From Mobula hypostoma (lineage: Eukaryota): a stretch of DNA of 64,000 nucleotides. The position numbers were made by a program, and so were the translations under genes. The notes below the pieces were generated by a model. The model saw only the letters and a program-made list of their open reading frames with translations. It was not told where the DNA came from and made no database searches. The first letter of the stretch is position 1. Each line of letters begins with the position of its first letter. Below are positions 1 through 12,524 of this stretch, piece after piece. The stretch spans positions 105,960,001-106,024,000 of the forward strand of contig NC_086097.1 of NCBI RefSeq assembly GCF_963921235.1, read 5' to 3'.

Positions 1-448
1 TTCTGGTTCGGGCCCTGCTTCCTCAGCCCACTCTGAGGAAAAGGAAAAGATACAGCAGGATAAATTGGCAGGCTCAGGTGGTTGTCAAAATAGTCAACTT
101 CAATAAATTAAAATGAGTTGGAAACACAGATTCTGCTTAAAGAATATGATTTTGAAAAAGAGAGAAAAGGTGACTAAAGGGTATTAGTCAGAATTAAGGA
201 TTCCAGAGGACTCGCTAGATAGAAAGGGCATGGAAGTTTGGAAAGCAGATTTTACACTCTGTTGCTGGTAGTTCCAGACTGAGTTGTCAGTGTGTGGTCA
301 TTTAAATGGCATTTGGTTCAAGGCTTGGACACGTGTCATCAACCACTCAAGTTCCAGGTTAATTGGATTTGACCATGTGAATCTGTCGGTCCTCAAATTT
401 GATGGATTTCAGGGATTTGGATTAGGAGGCAAATGGGAAGATAAACTG

Positions 449-634
449 AGGTGGTACTGTAGCGTAGTGGTTAGCACAACGCTTCACAGTACAGTCAACG
501 GGTTCAATTCCCGCTGCTGCCTGTAAGGAGTTTGCACCTTCTCCCTGATACTGTGTTGTTTTCCTCCAGGTTCTCTGGTTTCACCCACAGTCAATAGTCG
601 TACCGGTTGGTAAGTTAATTGGTCATTGTAAATT
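449..634 (+). mobile_element. tRNA-derived V-SINE (HE1-like), 5' part; split by a Rex1 LINE
   Basis: A box-like TAGCGTAGTGG, B box-like GGTTCAATTCCC, V-domain-like TTTCCTCCAGGTTCTCTGGTTTCACCCACAG; colinear with the intact copy at 5800-6089. Confidence 0.75.
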
Positions 635-2787
635 ACAAACAGAAATTGACGCGGGAGGTCACAGTGTCTAAAGTGGTGTCGTGTTGGATGGAGGAAACAG
701 ATGAGGTCCTCTGTGACTGCTTTGAATTGGTGAACTGGTTAGTATTCAAGGACTCGGCAGCTAACCTCGATGAGTGTGCTTCAGCTGTCACGGACTTTAT
801 TTGGAAATGCACAGAGGACTGTGTGTCTCTCAAGACGATCCGGTTATTCCTTAACCAGAAAGCTTGGATAAATTATGAGGTCAAGTCACTTTTGAAGGCT
901 AGAGCTGCGGCTTTTAGGTACGGGGATACCAGTCGCTACACGGAATCCAGGTGTGAACTCCGGAAAGCCATTAAGGCCATCAAGAGGCAATATCGAGCCA
1001 AGTTGGAAGCCCAGGCTAACCAGAGGGATGCCGGTAGACTATGGCAAGGTCTAAATGAGATCACTGGGCGCAAAGAAAAGGCTGGGAATATCAAAAACTG
1101 TGGCGCTTCTCTTCCTGACGAACTTAACGTATTCTATGCAAGACTCGAATAGAAGAGGGGCATCCCGCTCCCTCCAGATGAACCGGACCTGGTGGCATCG
1201 AGATTCGTCGTCACTGAGAAGGACGTTAGAAGGGCCTTCCTGAAGATAAATCCAAGGAAGGTGAAGGGCCCAGATGGCGTCCCAGGACGGGTTCTTCGGG
1301 CCTGTGAAAGTGAGCTACCTGGAGTGTTTGCTGACATCTTCAACTGCTCCTTGCTTCAGTCTAAGATCCCCTTGTGTTTTATGAAAGCAACGATAATCCC
1401 GGTGCCGAAGAAGAGCAAGGTGGCATGCCGGAGTGACTATCGACCTGTGGCTCTGACATCAATTGCTATGAAGTGCTTCAAGCGATTGGTTATGGCACAC
1501 ATCAACCTACAGCCTACCGATCAACCTCGACGCTTTGCAATTCGCCAATCAGAGCAACAGGTCAACGGCAGATGCCACCTCTATGGCCCTACATTCCTCC
1601 TTAGAACACCTGGAGAATAAAGACACATATGTAAGGCTCCTTTTCATTGACTACAGCTCTGCCTTTAATACCATCATTCCAAATAAACTGATTCCCAAGC
1701 TCCGGAACCTGGGCCTTAGCACTGAGATCTGCAGCTGGATCTTCAGCTTCCTCACAGACAGGACCCAGGCTGTAAAAATAGGGGACAAGCTCTCCTCTAC
1801 AATCACTCTGAGCACCGGTGCCCCACAAGGCTTTGTACTCGGCCTCCTGCTGTACTCACTGTACACCCATGATTGTGTAGCCAAACTTCCATCGAACTCA
1901 ATATATAATTTTGCTGATGACACAACAATTGTAGGCCATATCTCAGGTAATGATGAGTTTGAGAACAGAGAGGAAATTAAGAACCTGGTGGCATGGTGCA
2001 AAGACCATGCAAGATGAAGGAATTGGTTGTTGACTTCAGAAGGAGTAGCTTGATCCAATTTACATCGGTGGTGCGCAAGTGGAACAGGTCAAAAGCTTTA
2101 AGTTCCTCGGGGTCAACATCACAAATGACGTGACTTGGTCCAACCAAGCAGAGACCACTGCCAAGAAGGCCCACCAGCGCCTTTACTACCTGAGAAAGCT
2201 AAATAAGTTTGCCCTGTCCCCTAAAACCCTCACTAATTTTTATAGTTGCACTGTAGAAAGCATTCTTCTAGGGTGCATCACAACCTGGTATGGAAGTTGT
2301 CCTGTTCAAGACTGGAAGAAGCTACAGAAGATCATGAACACAGCCCAGCACATCAAACAAACCAATCTTCCGTCCTTGGACTCACTTTACACCGCAGGCT
2401 GTCGGAGCAGTGCTGCCAGGATAATCAAGGACATGATCCACCCAGCCAACACACTTTTCGTCCCTCTTCCTTCGGGGAGAAGGCTCAGGAGCTTGAAGAC
2501 TCGTACGGCCAGATTTGGAAACAGCTTCTTTTCAACTGTGATAAGACTGCTGAACAGATCCTGACCCAGATCTGGGCCATACCCTCCAAATATCCGGACC
2601 TGCCTCTCAGTTTTTTCTGCACTACCTTACTTTCCCTTTTCTATTTCTCTATTTATGATTTACAATTTAAATTTTTAATATTTACTATCAATTTGTAATC
2701 CAGGGAGCGCGAAGCACAGAATCAAGTATCGCTGTGATGATTGTATGCTCTAGTATCAATTATTTGGTAACAATAAAGTAAAATAAA
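635..2787 (+). mobile_element. Rex1/Babar-type LINE, 5'-truncated, frameshifted RT
   Basis: ORFs 619-1152, 1192-1620 (YRPVALTS), 1535-2017 ([20 protein letters not shown]), 2079-2564; 3' UTR ending in an AATAAAGT-type tail. Confidence 0.9.
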
Positions 2788-2872
2788 GTCCTGTAATTAG
2801 GCTGGGGTTAAATCAAGGGATTGCTGGGCAGCATGGCTCAAATGGCCAGAAGGGCCTATTCTCAATAAATAA
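2788..2872 (+). mobile_element. V-SINE 3' part (continuation of 449-634)
   Basis: GTCCTGTAATTAGGCTGGGGTTAAA...TTGCTGGGCAGC matches 5990-6035 of the intact copy. Confidence 0.75.
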
Positions 2873-2955
2873 CTTACTTCAGTGTTTAACAACTATTAAA
2901 AGTAAATAGTTTAAAGTGTCTCTGAACGTTGGTGGGGGGGGGGAGCAGAAGAGCT

Positions 2956-4000
2956 TTGAATTGAATTAAATTGACTTTATTACTTACATCCTTCACATAC
3001 ATGAGGAGTAAGTGTTTATGTTACATCTCCATCTAAATGTGCAATATGCAATTTATAATAATTTGTAATAAATAATATGTACAACAGGACAGTCAATATA
3101 ATATAGAAATACAATTGTATCAGCATGAATTAATTAGTCTAATGGCCTGGTGGAAGAAGCTGTCCCAGAGCCTGTTGGTCCTAGCTCTTATGCTGCGGTA
3201 CCATTTCCCAGATGGTAGCAGCTGGAACAGTTTGTAGTTAGGGTGACTCAGGTCTCCAATGAACCTTCAGGCCATTTTTACACACCTATCTTTGTAAATG
3301 TCCTGAATAGTGGGAAGTTCACATCTACAAATGCGCTGGTCTGTCCGCACCAATTTCTGCAGAGTCCTGCGATTGAGGGAAATACATTTCCCATACCAGG
3401 CAGTGATACAGCCAGTCAAGATGCTCTCAATTGTGCCCCTAAAGAAAGTTTTTAGGCCCATTCCAAACTTCTTCAATCGTCTGAGGTACAAGAGGCGTTG
3501 TTTTGCCTTTCTCACCACACAACTGGTAGGTACAGACCACGTGAGATCCTCTGTGGCGCGTGGCCAAGTGGTTAGGGTATTGGGCTCATGACCTGAAGGT
3601 TGTGGGTTTGAGTCTCGGCCAAGGCAGCGTGTTGTGTCTTTGAGCAAGGCACTTAACCACACACTGCTCCAGTCCACCCAGCTGAAAATGGGTGCTGGCA
3701 AATGCTGGGGTTTAACCTTGCGTTAGACTGGCGTCCTATCCGGGGGGTGGGGGGGAGAAGTGAGTCTCGTACTCTCAGTTGCTTCATACCACAGAAACCG
3801 GCATAAGCACTGGCCTGATGGGCCACAAGGCTCGGGACAGACTTTAACTTGAGCTCCTCGGTGGTGTTTATTTAGCTTGAGATTCTCGGTGACTTAAAGC
3901 TCAACCCCAGATCCATTGATGTCTATAGAGGTTAGCCTGTCTCCATTCCTCCTGTAGTCCACAACCAGCTCCTTTATTTTTGTGACATTGAGGGAGAGGT
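2956..4000 (-). mobile_element. Rex1/Babar LINE 3' fragment, interrupted by a SINE
   Basis: Minus-strand EDLTWS...KAKQRL..LRRLKKFG, IESILTGCITAWYG; (TTCAA)n tail; same family as 9070-10390. Confidence 0.85.
3552..3849 (+). mobile_element. tRNA-derived CORE-type SINE with ~10-bp TSD
   Basis: A box TGGCCAAGTGG, B box GGTTTGAGTCT, CORE-like GTGTCTTTGAGCAAGGCACTTAACC; flanks TGAGATCCTC (3542-3551) / TGAGCTCCTC (3850-3859). Confidence 0.8.
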
Positions 4001-4146
4001 CATCTTCCCCATTTATCTCTTTTAGGGGTATTTGTGGGTAGAGGAGGGGATCTCACTGTGCTACCAGAGAGACCATTGGCATTCAGATTTTAAAATAGAG
4101 TCTTGGATGTGTCAAAATTGGTACTAATTTTATTTTTGTTATTTGC

Positions 4147-4627
4147 AGGCATTGATATCTGGAAGGATATCACTAAGAGTGAAAAAGTACAGAGAAAATT
4201 TATAAGGTTGTTGCTGGGATTTGTGAACCTGCGTTATAGGGAAATGTTGAATAGGTCAGGACTTTATTCCTTGAAGTGCAGAAGAATGAGGGAAGATTTG
4301 ATAAAAGAATACAAAATTATGAAAGGTATAATGCAGGCAGCTTTTTTCCACTGAGGTTCGATGAGACTAGACCTAGAGGTCATGGTTAAAGGTGAAAGGT
4401 GAAATGTTGAAGGGAAATTTCTTCACTCAGAGTGTGGTGCAAATGGGGAACTAGCTGCCAGCGGAAGTGGTGGATGCAGGTTTGCTGTTAATATTTCAGA
4501 GAAATTTGTGTAACTACATGGATGGGAGGGGTATGGAGGGCTGTAGTCCTGGTGCAGGTCGATGGGAATAACATTTCAGCATGGACTAGATGGACCGAAG
4601 GGCCTGTTTCTGTGCTCTATGCCCCTA
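4147..4627 (+). mobile_element. CR1 LINE 3' fragment (decayed)
   Basis: EKVQRKFIRLL..., GLYSL..RRMREDLI; CR1 3' UTR GAAGGGCCTGTTTCTGTGCT. Confidence 0.8.
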
Positions 4628-4847
4628 TTGCTTTTAACCCAATGTTGTACTTTCTGTTTAACATTTCACATTTCACTTGGAATATATCATTTTTCGGGGA
4701 ACAAGTAGAGAGTGTGCAGTGGAGAATAAGAAGAAACAAAGCAGTATCTGCTCAGAATATTCAGGCATTAGTTCATCTGCCTAAAACTCAGTTAGGAATA
4801 ATATTTAAGCCACCTTTAGCTTTAGTGTCAAGGTCCTGTGTAAGAAT

Positions 4848-5479
4848 AGAAACATAGAAACATAGAAAATAGGTGCAGGAGTAGGCCATTCGGCCCTTCG
4901 AGCCTGTACCGCCATTTATTATGATCATGGCTGATCATCCAACTCAGAACCCAGCCTTCCCTCCATACCCCCTGACCCCTGTAGCCACAAGGGCCATATC
5001 TAACTTCCTTTTAAACATAGCTAATGAACTGGCCTCAACAGTTTGCTGTGGCAGAGAATTCCACAGATTCACCACTCTCTGTGTGAAGAAGTTTTTCCTA
5101 ATCTCGGTCCTAAAAGGCTTCCCCTCTATCCTCAAACTGTGACCCCTCGTTCTGGACCTCCCCAACATCGGGAACAATCTTCCCGCATCCAGCCTGTCCA
5201 ATCCCTTTAGGATCTTATACGTTTCAATCAGATCCCCCCTCAATCTTCTAAATTCCAACGAGTACAAGCCCAGTTCATCCAGTCTTTCTTCATATGAAAG
5301 ACCTGCCATCCCAGGAATCAATCTGGTGAACCTTCTTTGTACTCCCTCTATGGCAAAGATGTCTTTCCTCAGATTAGGGGACCAAAACTGCACACAATAC
5401 TCCAGGTGTGGTCTCACCAAGGCCTTGTACAACTGCAGTAGTACCTCCCTGCTCCTGTACTCGAATCCTCTCGCTATAA
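4848..5479 (-). mobile_element. Young CR1 LINE 3' end with (GTTTCTAT)n tail and 9-bp TSD
   Basis: ORF LYKALVRPHLEYCVQFWSP...GYGGKAG; TGTAAGAAT at 4839-4847 and 5480-5488; nearly identical to 17432-18070. Confidence 0.92.
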
Positions 5480-5799
5480 TGTAAGAATGTAAGATCCAGC
5501 ACTGTGTGCACCGAGGCAGAACCTGAATTTTACCCAAAAAGCGAGGTTAGCATGATGTGGAAACATTTAAGGAGATAACCATCTTTCACAATGACTTAAT
5601 CTGTTTATATGAAAGATTTTAACTCATCAAAGATTACAAAAGAAGCATCACATTTTAGTGTTTAATCTTGCTCATTTTCCTCAGCTGTGGTTTAAAGCTA
5701 ATTAAGTGGATTTTAAACAAGCGCAGCAAAGTTATTTCATGTATCATCAAATAAACTGCTGGAGGAATTCAGCAGGTAGTGCACCTTCAGGGTGGAAAT

Positions 5800-6089
5800 G
5801 GGGTAGCACAATAGCGTAATGATTAGCCCAACACTTTACGGTACCAGTGACCCAGGTTCAATTCCCACAGCTGTCTGTAAGGAGTTTGTACGTACTTGCC
5901 GTGGCTTTGTGGGTTTCCTCTGGGTGCTCTGGTTTCCTCCCACAATCCAAAGTTGCACTGGTTGATAGCTTAATTGGCTGTTGTAAATTGTCCCATGATT
6001 AGGCTAGGGTTAAACCGGAGTTGCTGGGCAGCGCAACTCGAAGAACCGGAAAGACAATTTCACATTGTATCTCAATACATAAATCAATA
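5800..6089 (+). mobile_element. tRNA-derived V-SINE (HE1-like), full length
   Basis: B box GGTTCAATTCCC; V-domain GTGGGTTTCCTCTGGGTGCTCTGGTTTCCTCCCACAATCCAAAG; A-rich tail. Confidence 0.8.
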
Positions 6090-6110
6090 ATCTATGTTTT
6101 GCATTGAAAC

Positions 6111-6306
6111 CCTGCGTCAGGACTGAATGGGGAGGGAAGGGAGAAGAATGAAGATCAAATCCTGCGTCAGAACCGAGTGGAAAGGGGAGGGAGCAGAATA
6201 AAGATCAAATCCTGCATCAGGACCGAGTGGGGGGGCGGATGGAGAAGAATAAAGATCAAATCCCGCATCAGGACAGAGTGGGGAGGGGAGGGAGCAAAAT
6301 AAAGAT
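6111..6306. repeat. Minisatellite, 4 x ~50 bp
   Basis: Units CCTGCGTCAGGAC...AAGATCAAAT starting at about 6111, 6161, 6211, 6262. Confidence 0.9.
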
Positions 6307-8132
6307 GACAGGGCGAGTGGAGAGCTGAGGGCCAGAGCTGACTGCTGGATGATTTCAGACGGATCTAGTTGGACGAGGGAAGGGGTGCAAGTGGTGGAAT
6401 TAGGAAAGATGATCGATGGAAGGACAGGAAGATGAAAGTGGAGACAGACCTTGGAGGGGGATCAGCAGGAACACAAATACTGCTAGTTCTAGAATCTGAT
6501 AAGTGTAGTAGGTGATAATGGGAATCATTTAGAAAAATGAGAGGGGCAGACGAGGGGAGTCAGTGAGTAAAATACGTTGTAATTGGTTGGCAAAAAAATG
6601 GGTTGTATAGGAAAGAGGACAAGAAGGAGGGTCAGAGTCAAGAGATAAAGAGGGGGAAAAGACACTTGAGGTGAGGATTACCTGAATTTGGTGTTCATAG
6701 CATTGGTTATCTCAGGTGGCATAGGAGGTGCTGTTCTTCTTGTGTGGCGAAGGTGGTGTGTAAAAAAGGAAGAAGAACTGAAATGGCGTGCAGCTGCGAG
6801 TACAGGATAAGCAGGTACTTACAAAATTTGGGTTAATACTGTTGGTAGTTTCCTGATAGTTTAGGCTGATGAGTGAATCCTGTTCAGCATCTATTCAATA
6901 TATGTGAGTGACAATATTAAAATAGCGAATTGGAGTGTAAGAATATTTGACAGAGGGCTGTTATGTTTTTTAACTGCAAAACATTAATGTAATTCAAAGG
7001 AAAGTACAGGAGTCTGAGAATGCGGGTCCACTTCGAGTTTACTTTAAGCGCACTTATCACCTGATAGCTTCATATGCAATAGACGTATTTCTACTTATTA
7101 CCCGTAATTATTTAAATAAAAAAGAATACTTAATCTAACTATATACATATACACATACACAGAATATTATGCAAATATTATTGAAACATTATATACACAG
7201 CATCGACCTTGGTGTGTATTTGTTTCTGTAGGCAGTAGTGGGGCAGGAAATATTACGGTCAAGATTCATATTAAACAACATGTCACTGACATTCACAATG
7301 GGCCCTATATCCTGAGGGATCAAATGCATGACGATTATCTCATAACTCCTACTTCAGGTTCAAAAAGTAATAGGTTGTGGTATCGTCAGGCAAATTGCTT
7401 ACAAAATTTAACGGAAGAGCTTCATTCACAAAAATAATTAACAAAGTGAAACATTTTTGCCTGTGTTAGTTTATTGATTATTTTTAGTGTTGACTTTTTT
7501 GTGGATGTGGTAACATTTCAGCTTCTGCTGGCTGTTTCATTGAAATCTGGTATGAAAGGAGATTGAGCTGAGTAGTTTCATTATTAAAGTAACTGTTTGA
7601 ATTAAAAGTGATGCTGGTATGTGCGCAAACTCATTATATCATCATATTGTTTGTCATCATTCATCATAGTAAGTAACTGTCAAGTGATTTTGGGTAATAA
7701 TGCTATGGTTTTCATTCTTATTCAACCTCATCATGTAGAATTCAGTATTTAAACATCTATAGTCAATGAGCCAGTAACTGTGTGTGTTCATACAGAATTT
7801 CACTTAAATTAAATTTGACAAAAGAAGAGGTGAACCTGTACACAAATAGCTTAATCAAATACTCTGGCAGAATGTTGACTTTCATATCAATTCCTTGACT
7901 CTTATGTCAAGAGCTGAGAGTTCCAGGGCTTCCCCAACTTCTGCTACAGGATCCACATGTCCACTGAATGATGTGGGAGAGAGTATTTCCTGCCATTATT
8001 TTTAATAAGACTGCCTGAATAATTCAGTGGAAATTTGTTACATAATTCATTTAAAGGTATCAATTTGTCCAAACATTGCCTGCAGCAAAAATTCAAGGAC
8101 AATTCTTAGTAGTGTTGAGGGACAGAGGGATA

Positions 8133-8675
8133 TTTGGGATTTGAGTTCAAGACCAGTGAAGTAATGTTGCAACTTTATGAGCCTGTAGTTGGACCACACT
8201 TGGAATATAGTGCTCACTTCTGGTTGCCTCATTATAGGAAGGATGTGGAAGCTTTAGAGAGGGAACAGAGAAGATTTACCAGGATGCTGCCTGGATCAGA
8301 GAGCATGTTCAATAAGGAAAGGTTGAGCAAGCTAGGGCTTTTCTCTTTCGAGAGAAGGAAGATGAGAGATAACTTAATAGAGTGGATAACCAGAGACATT
8401 TTCCCAGGGTAGAAATGGCTAATACAAGGGGTCATAATTTAAAGGTGATTGGAGAAAAGTATAGGGGAGATGTCAAAGGTAAGTTCTTTTACACAGTGTG
8501 GTGAGGCCATGGAACAGGGGTGGTGGAAGAGGCAGATACATTAAAAGTTTTTAAGAAACTCTTGGATAGGCACATGGAATGCAGAAAAATGGAGGCTATG
8601 TAGAAGGGAAGGGTTAATTGATCTTGGAGTAGATGAAAAAGTCAGCACAACATCATGGGCTGAAGGGCCTGTGTT
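8133..8675 (+). mobile_element. CR1 LINE 3' fragment
   Basis: ORF 8134-8412 (PHLEYSAHFWLPHYRKD...QRRFTRMLPG); CR1 3' UTR. Confidence 0.85.
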
Positions 8676-8869
8676 CAGACTAAAAGTCATGTAATGTTTA
8701 AGTGGTATCAATCACAATTATTTTTTGCATTATTGTACAATAATGGAATAACTTCAGGACTCCCTTACATGTCCTGTTCACAAACAAAGGAAGACAAATC
8801 CAATCTGACTGGCCAATCTATATTCAATTATCAGCAATGTGATGGTATCAATGAAGATACTTTTAGTAT

Positions 8870-10505
8870 CACTTCTCAATTACCTGCTCACTGATGCTCT
8901 GTTTGTCGTTGCTAGGACCATTGAACTCTGACCCTCAATACAGCTTGGTCCAAACATGACACGTAGCTGAATTCCTGTGCGGAGGTGATGGTAACAGCTC
9001 TGGATGTAAAAACAGTATTTGACCAGATGTGGAGTCCTGGTAAAACTAAGGCCCATAAGTGTCATGTTTAATCTCTCCCTCTCCCAAAACATCCACCATT
9101 GTCCCTGTAACTAAAAAGACCAAAGTAACATGTCTGAACAACTGGTGCCCTGTTACACTCACCTTAATGATAAGCAAGTGCTTTGAGAGGCTGGTCAAGG
9201 ACTACATCTGCAGCATGCTACCACCCACACTAGACCCCCTACATTTCACTTACTGACACAACCGATCGATAGAAACACATCTGGAGAAGAAGGACGCTTA
9301 TGTGAGAATGCTGTTCTTGGACTACAGTTCAGCATTCAACACCATAGTTCCCTCCAGCCTTGACAAGAAGCTCAGAGACCTTGGCCTTGTGCAGCTGGAT
9401 CCTGGACTTCCTGTCAGATCGCCGGCAGGTGGTAAGAGTGGGCTCCCTCACCTCTACCCCTCTGACCCTCAACACAGGTGCCCCTCAGGGCTGAGTACTA
9501 AGCCCCTTCCTTTACTCTCTGTATACCCATAACTGTGTCACCATCCACAGCTCCAAGCTGCTAATTAAATTTTCAGATGATACTACATTGATTGGCTTTA
9601 TCTTAAATAATAATGAGGCAGCCTACAGAGAAGAAGTCATCACCCTGACACAGTGGTGTCAAGAAAGCAACCTCTCCCTCAATGTCGCAAAAACAAAGGA
9701 GCTGGTTGTGGACAATAGGAGGAACAGAGACAGGCCAACTCCTATTGACATTAATGAATCTGGGGTTCAGAGGGTGAACAGCTTTAAGTTCCTCAGCATA
9801 CAGATCACCGAGGATTTCACATGGTCTGTACATACAGGCTGTGTGGTGAAAAAAGCACAACAGTGCCTCTTTCACTCAGACAATTGAAGAAGTTTGGCAT
9901 GAGACCCCCAATCCTTTCTACAAGGGCACAACTGAGAGCATCCTGACTGGGTGCATCACTGCCTGGTATGGGGACTGTACTTCCCTCAATCACAAAACTC
10001 TGCAGAGAGTGGTGTGGACAGCCCAGCACATCTGTAGATGTGAATTTCCCACTATTCAGGACATTTACAAAGACAGGAGTGTAAAAAGGGCCCAAAGGAT
10101 CATTTGGGACCCAAGTTACCCCAACCACAAACTGTTCCAGCTGCTACCATCCAGGAAACAGTACCGCAGCATTAAAGCCAGGACCAACAGGCTCCGGGAC
10201 AGCTTCTTCCACCAGGCCATCAGACTAATCAATTGTATTTCTATGCTATATTGACTGTCCCGTTGTATATACTATTTATTACAAATTACTATAAATTGCA
10301 CGTTGCACATTTAGATGGAGACGTAGCAAAGATTGTCCTCCTCATGTATGTGTAGGATGTAAGTAATAAAGTCAATTCAATTCAATTCAAATGAAAAGCA
10401 TTCCAATGGTTGAAAAAAACTTCATACAATGCAGTTAGTGGAGGCCAATAATCATGCCTAGGACATTGAAAAAGAATTCCTCAGACTGGTGTCTGAAGCC
10501 CAGCG
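8870..10505 (+). mobile_element. Old, highly decayed CR1-type RT fragment (8870-9063 and 10391-10505) split by Rex1
   Basis: ALDVKxVFDQMW-like motif near 8996-9032; continuation with VSGGQ/IPQ-like motifs after the Rex1 tail. Confidence 0.45.
9070..10390 (+). mobile_element. Rex1/Babar LINE 3' half
   Basis: [40 protein letters not shown]; (TTCAA)n tail at 10372-10390. Confidence 0.9.
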
Positions 10506-10664
10506 TTATGTAAAGTTCAGCTCTAATGCAAAGTAACAAACTACATCAAGTTCAGAGTGGATCAAATTATTTGCACATTTATTATTTTACTTGCAAAGGA
10601 AATTCTATTTTCCAGCCAAGCATCACCTGGAAAAATAGCTTCGATATTCCCACAATAAGATCCT

Positions 10665-11703
10665 GGGCCTCTGTACGTCTAATAGGTCCTTGACTTCCTA
10701 ACCAGAAGACCACAATCTGTGCGGATTGGTGATAACATATCCTTCTCACTGATGATCAACACCGGTACATCTCAGGGATCTGTGCTTAGCCCGCTGCTCT
10801 ACTCTCCATGACTGTGTGGCTAGGTATAAATTTGCTGATGATACATCATTAACAAAATCTCAGACGGAGATGAGAGGGCGTAAGGAGTGAGATATACCAG
10901 CTAGTTGAGTGGTGCTGCAGCAACAACCTTGCAATTGATGTCAGTATGACAAAAGAGTTGAGTGTAGTCTTTAGGAAAGGTAAGATGAGGAAACATGAAC
11001 CAATTCTCATAGATGGATCAGAAGTGGAGAGTGTGGGCAATTTCAAGTTCCTGAGTGTCAAGGTCGCTGAGGATCTAACCTGGACCCAACATATCGATGC
11101 AGTGATAAAGAAGACAAGACAGTGGTTATATTTTATTAGGATTTTGAAGAGATTTGGCTTGTTAACTAAAATACTCGAAAACTTCTATGGATATACTGTG
11201 GAGAGCAATCTGATAGTCTGGTACAGGGGGAGGGGGCTACTGCACAGGACTGAAAGAAGCTACAGAAAGTCATAAAATAAGTTAGCTCCATCTTAGGTAC
11301 TCGCCTCCATCTTCAAAGGATGATGCTTCAGAAAGGCAACGGCCAATATTAAGGACCCCCATAACCTAGGGCTTGTCATTTTCTCATTGTTACCTTTGGA
11401 AGGAGATAGAGAAGCCTGAAGCAGCACACTCAGTGATTCAGGAACAGCTTCTTCCTCTCTCCCATCAGATTTCTAAATGAACATTGAACCCATGTTCACT
11501 TTTTTAATAGATATTAGTTCTGTTTTTGCACTACTTTAAATCCATTCAATAACTATAACTATATATATAAACTGTAATTGATTGATCTATTTATTTATGT
11601 ATTTTTCTTTCTATATTATCATGTATTACATTGAACAGCTGCTGTGAAGTTAACAAATTTCACAACACATGCTGATGATAATAAACCTGATTCTGATTCT
11701 GAT
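10665..11703 (+). mobile_element. Rex1/Babar LINE 3' fragment (different subfamily)
   Basis: FADD region, FKFLSV..EDLTWT; (CTGATT)n tail after AATAAA. Confidence 0.85.
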
Positions 11704-12069
11704 GTTTCAACCAAAGCACTTTTATATTTTTTTACAGAGAAGAGTAATTAGTTGTTTTATTCCATAACATTCCTCCATTATCTTGTTTTGACATTTCTTC
11801 TTTAGAAGCTCTACCTTGTTTATCTCTGTTGTCAAAACATCCTCCCAGCCATAAACCAAATCTCTTATCAGTAAAAAAAAATCAGCTTCCTATCATAAAA
11901 CATAGATGTAAGCATCGCATCCAAATCATCAAAGCAACTTGGGATTCCATGGGTTCCATTTTGTCACATTACATTTTACACAAGTTACAAATTCATAAAG
12001 ACTTCAAGTTTAAACACTTGCACACCTGCCAGTTGCTTCATTGGTGAATGTCCTTCCATCATAATCTGA

Positions 12070-12215
12070 AACAAGAATGCAGGAAATACTCCACTTGACA
12101 AGCAGCATCTGTAATGAGAGAAAAAGGATCAACACTTCCTTCCTGAAGAAATTGACCTGGTTTCCTTCATCCCTTATGCTGCCTGACTGGCTGAGTGTTT
12201 CTGGCCTTTTACACT
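12070..12215. mobile_element. Decayed inverted Penelope pLTR remnant
   Basis: TGCAGGAAATACTC...GCAGCATCTG on the left and ATGCTGCCTGACTGGCTGAGTGTTTC on the right form an imperfect inverted repeat. Confidence 0.5.
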
Positions 12216-12524
12216 TCTCTCTCAATTTGTGATTCAGTATGAATTTAAGCTCAAATGATGTGTGAAATGGAGGGTCTTGCAGGTGCCCGTGATCGATGTA
12301 TTTCTTCTCTTGTCTTTCTGTGTGGTAGGAACTGCATGCCTGGGAAATGTCGAAGTAACCACGATTTCCTTAAGGCTTAATCTTCCTACCTCCTTTTAGG
12401 GAGAGTATGGCAGTGAATTATCATCATGTCCTGGAAGTGTTTTGTTTTTCTGAATCAAGATTGGTATAGATTCCAAAGAGTTGAAGATCTCATTAATATA
12501 TATATATAATTTTTAAGAGAATTG

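Larger units (their letters stand above)
5752..6815 (-). mobile_element. Decayed Penelope-like element remnant (pLTR plus purine-rich region), containing a SINE and a minisatellite
   Basis: TGCTGGAGGAATTCAGCAGG...GTTTTGCATTGAAACCCTGCGTCAGGACT resembles the pLTR copies at 60067-60155 and 63761-63875. Confidence 0.55.

Noticed and set aside
3553..3625. tRNA gene (also at 452, 5803 and 55467)
   Set aside because: A/B boxes run straight into SINE bodies, two of them with TSDs; these are SINE heads
6111..6306. CRISPR-like array
   Set aside because: The inter-repeat segments are themselves homologous, so this is a tandem repeat; eukaryotic context and no cas genes
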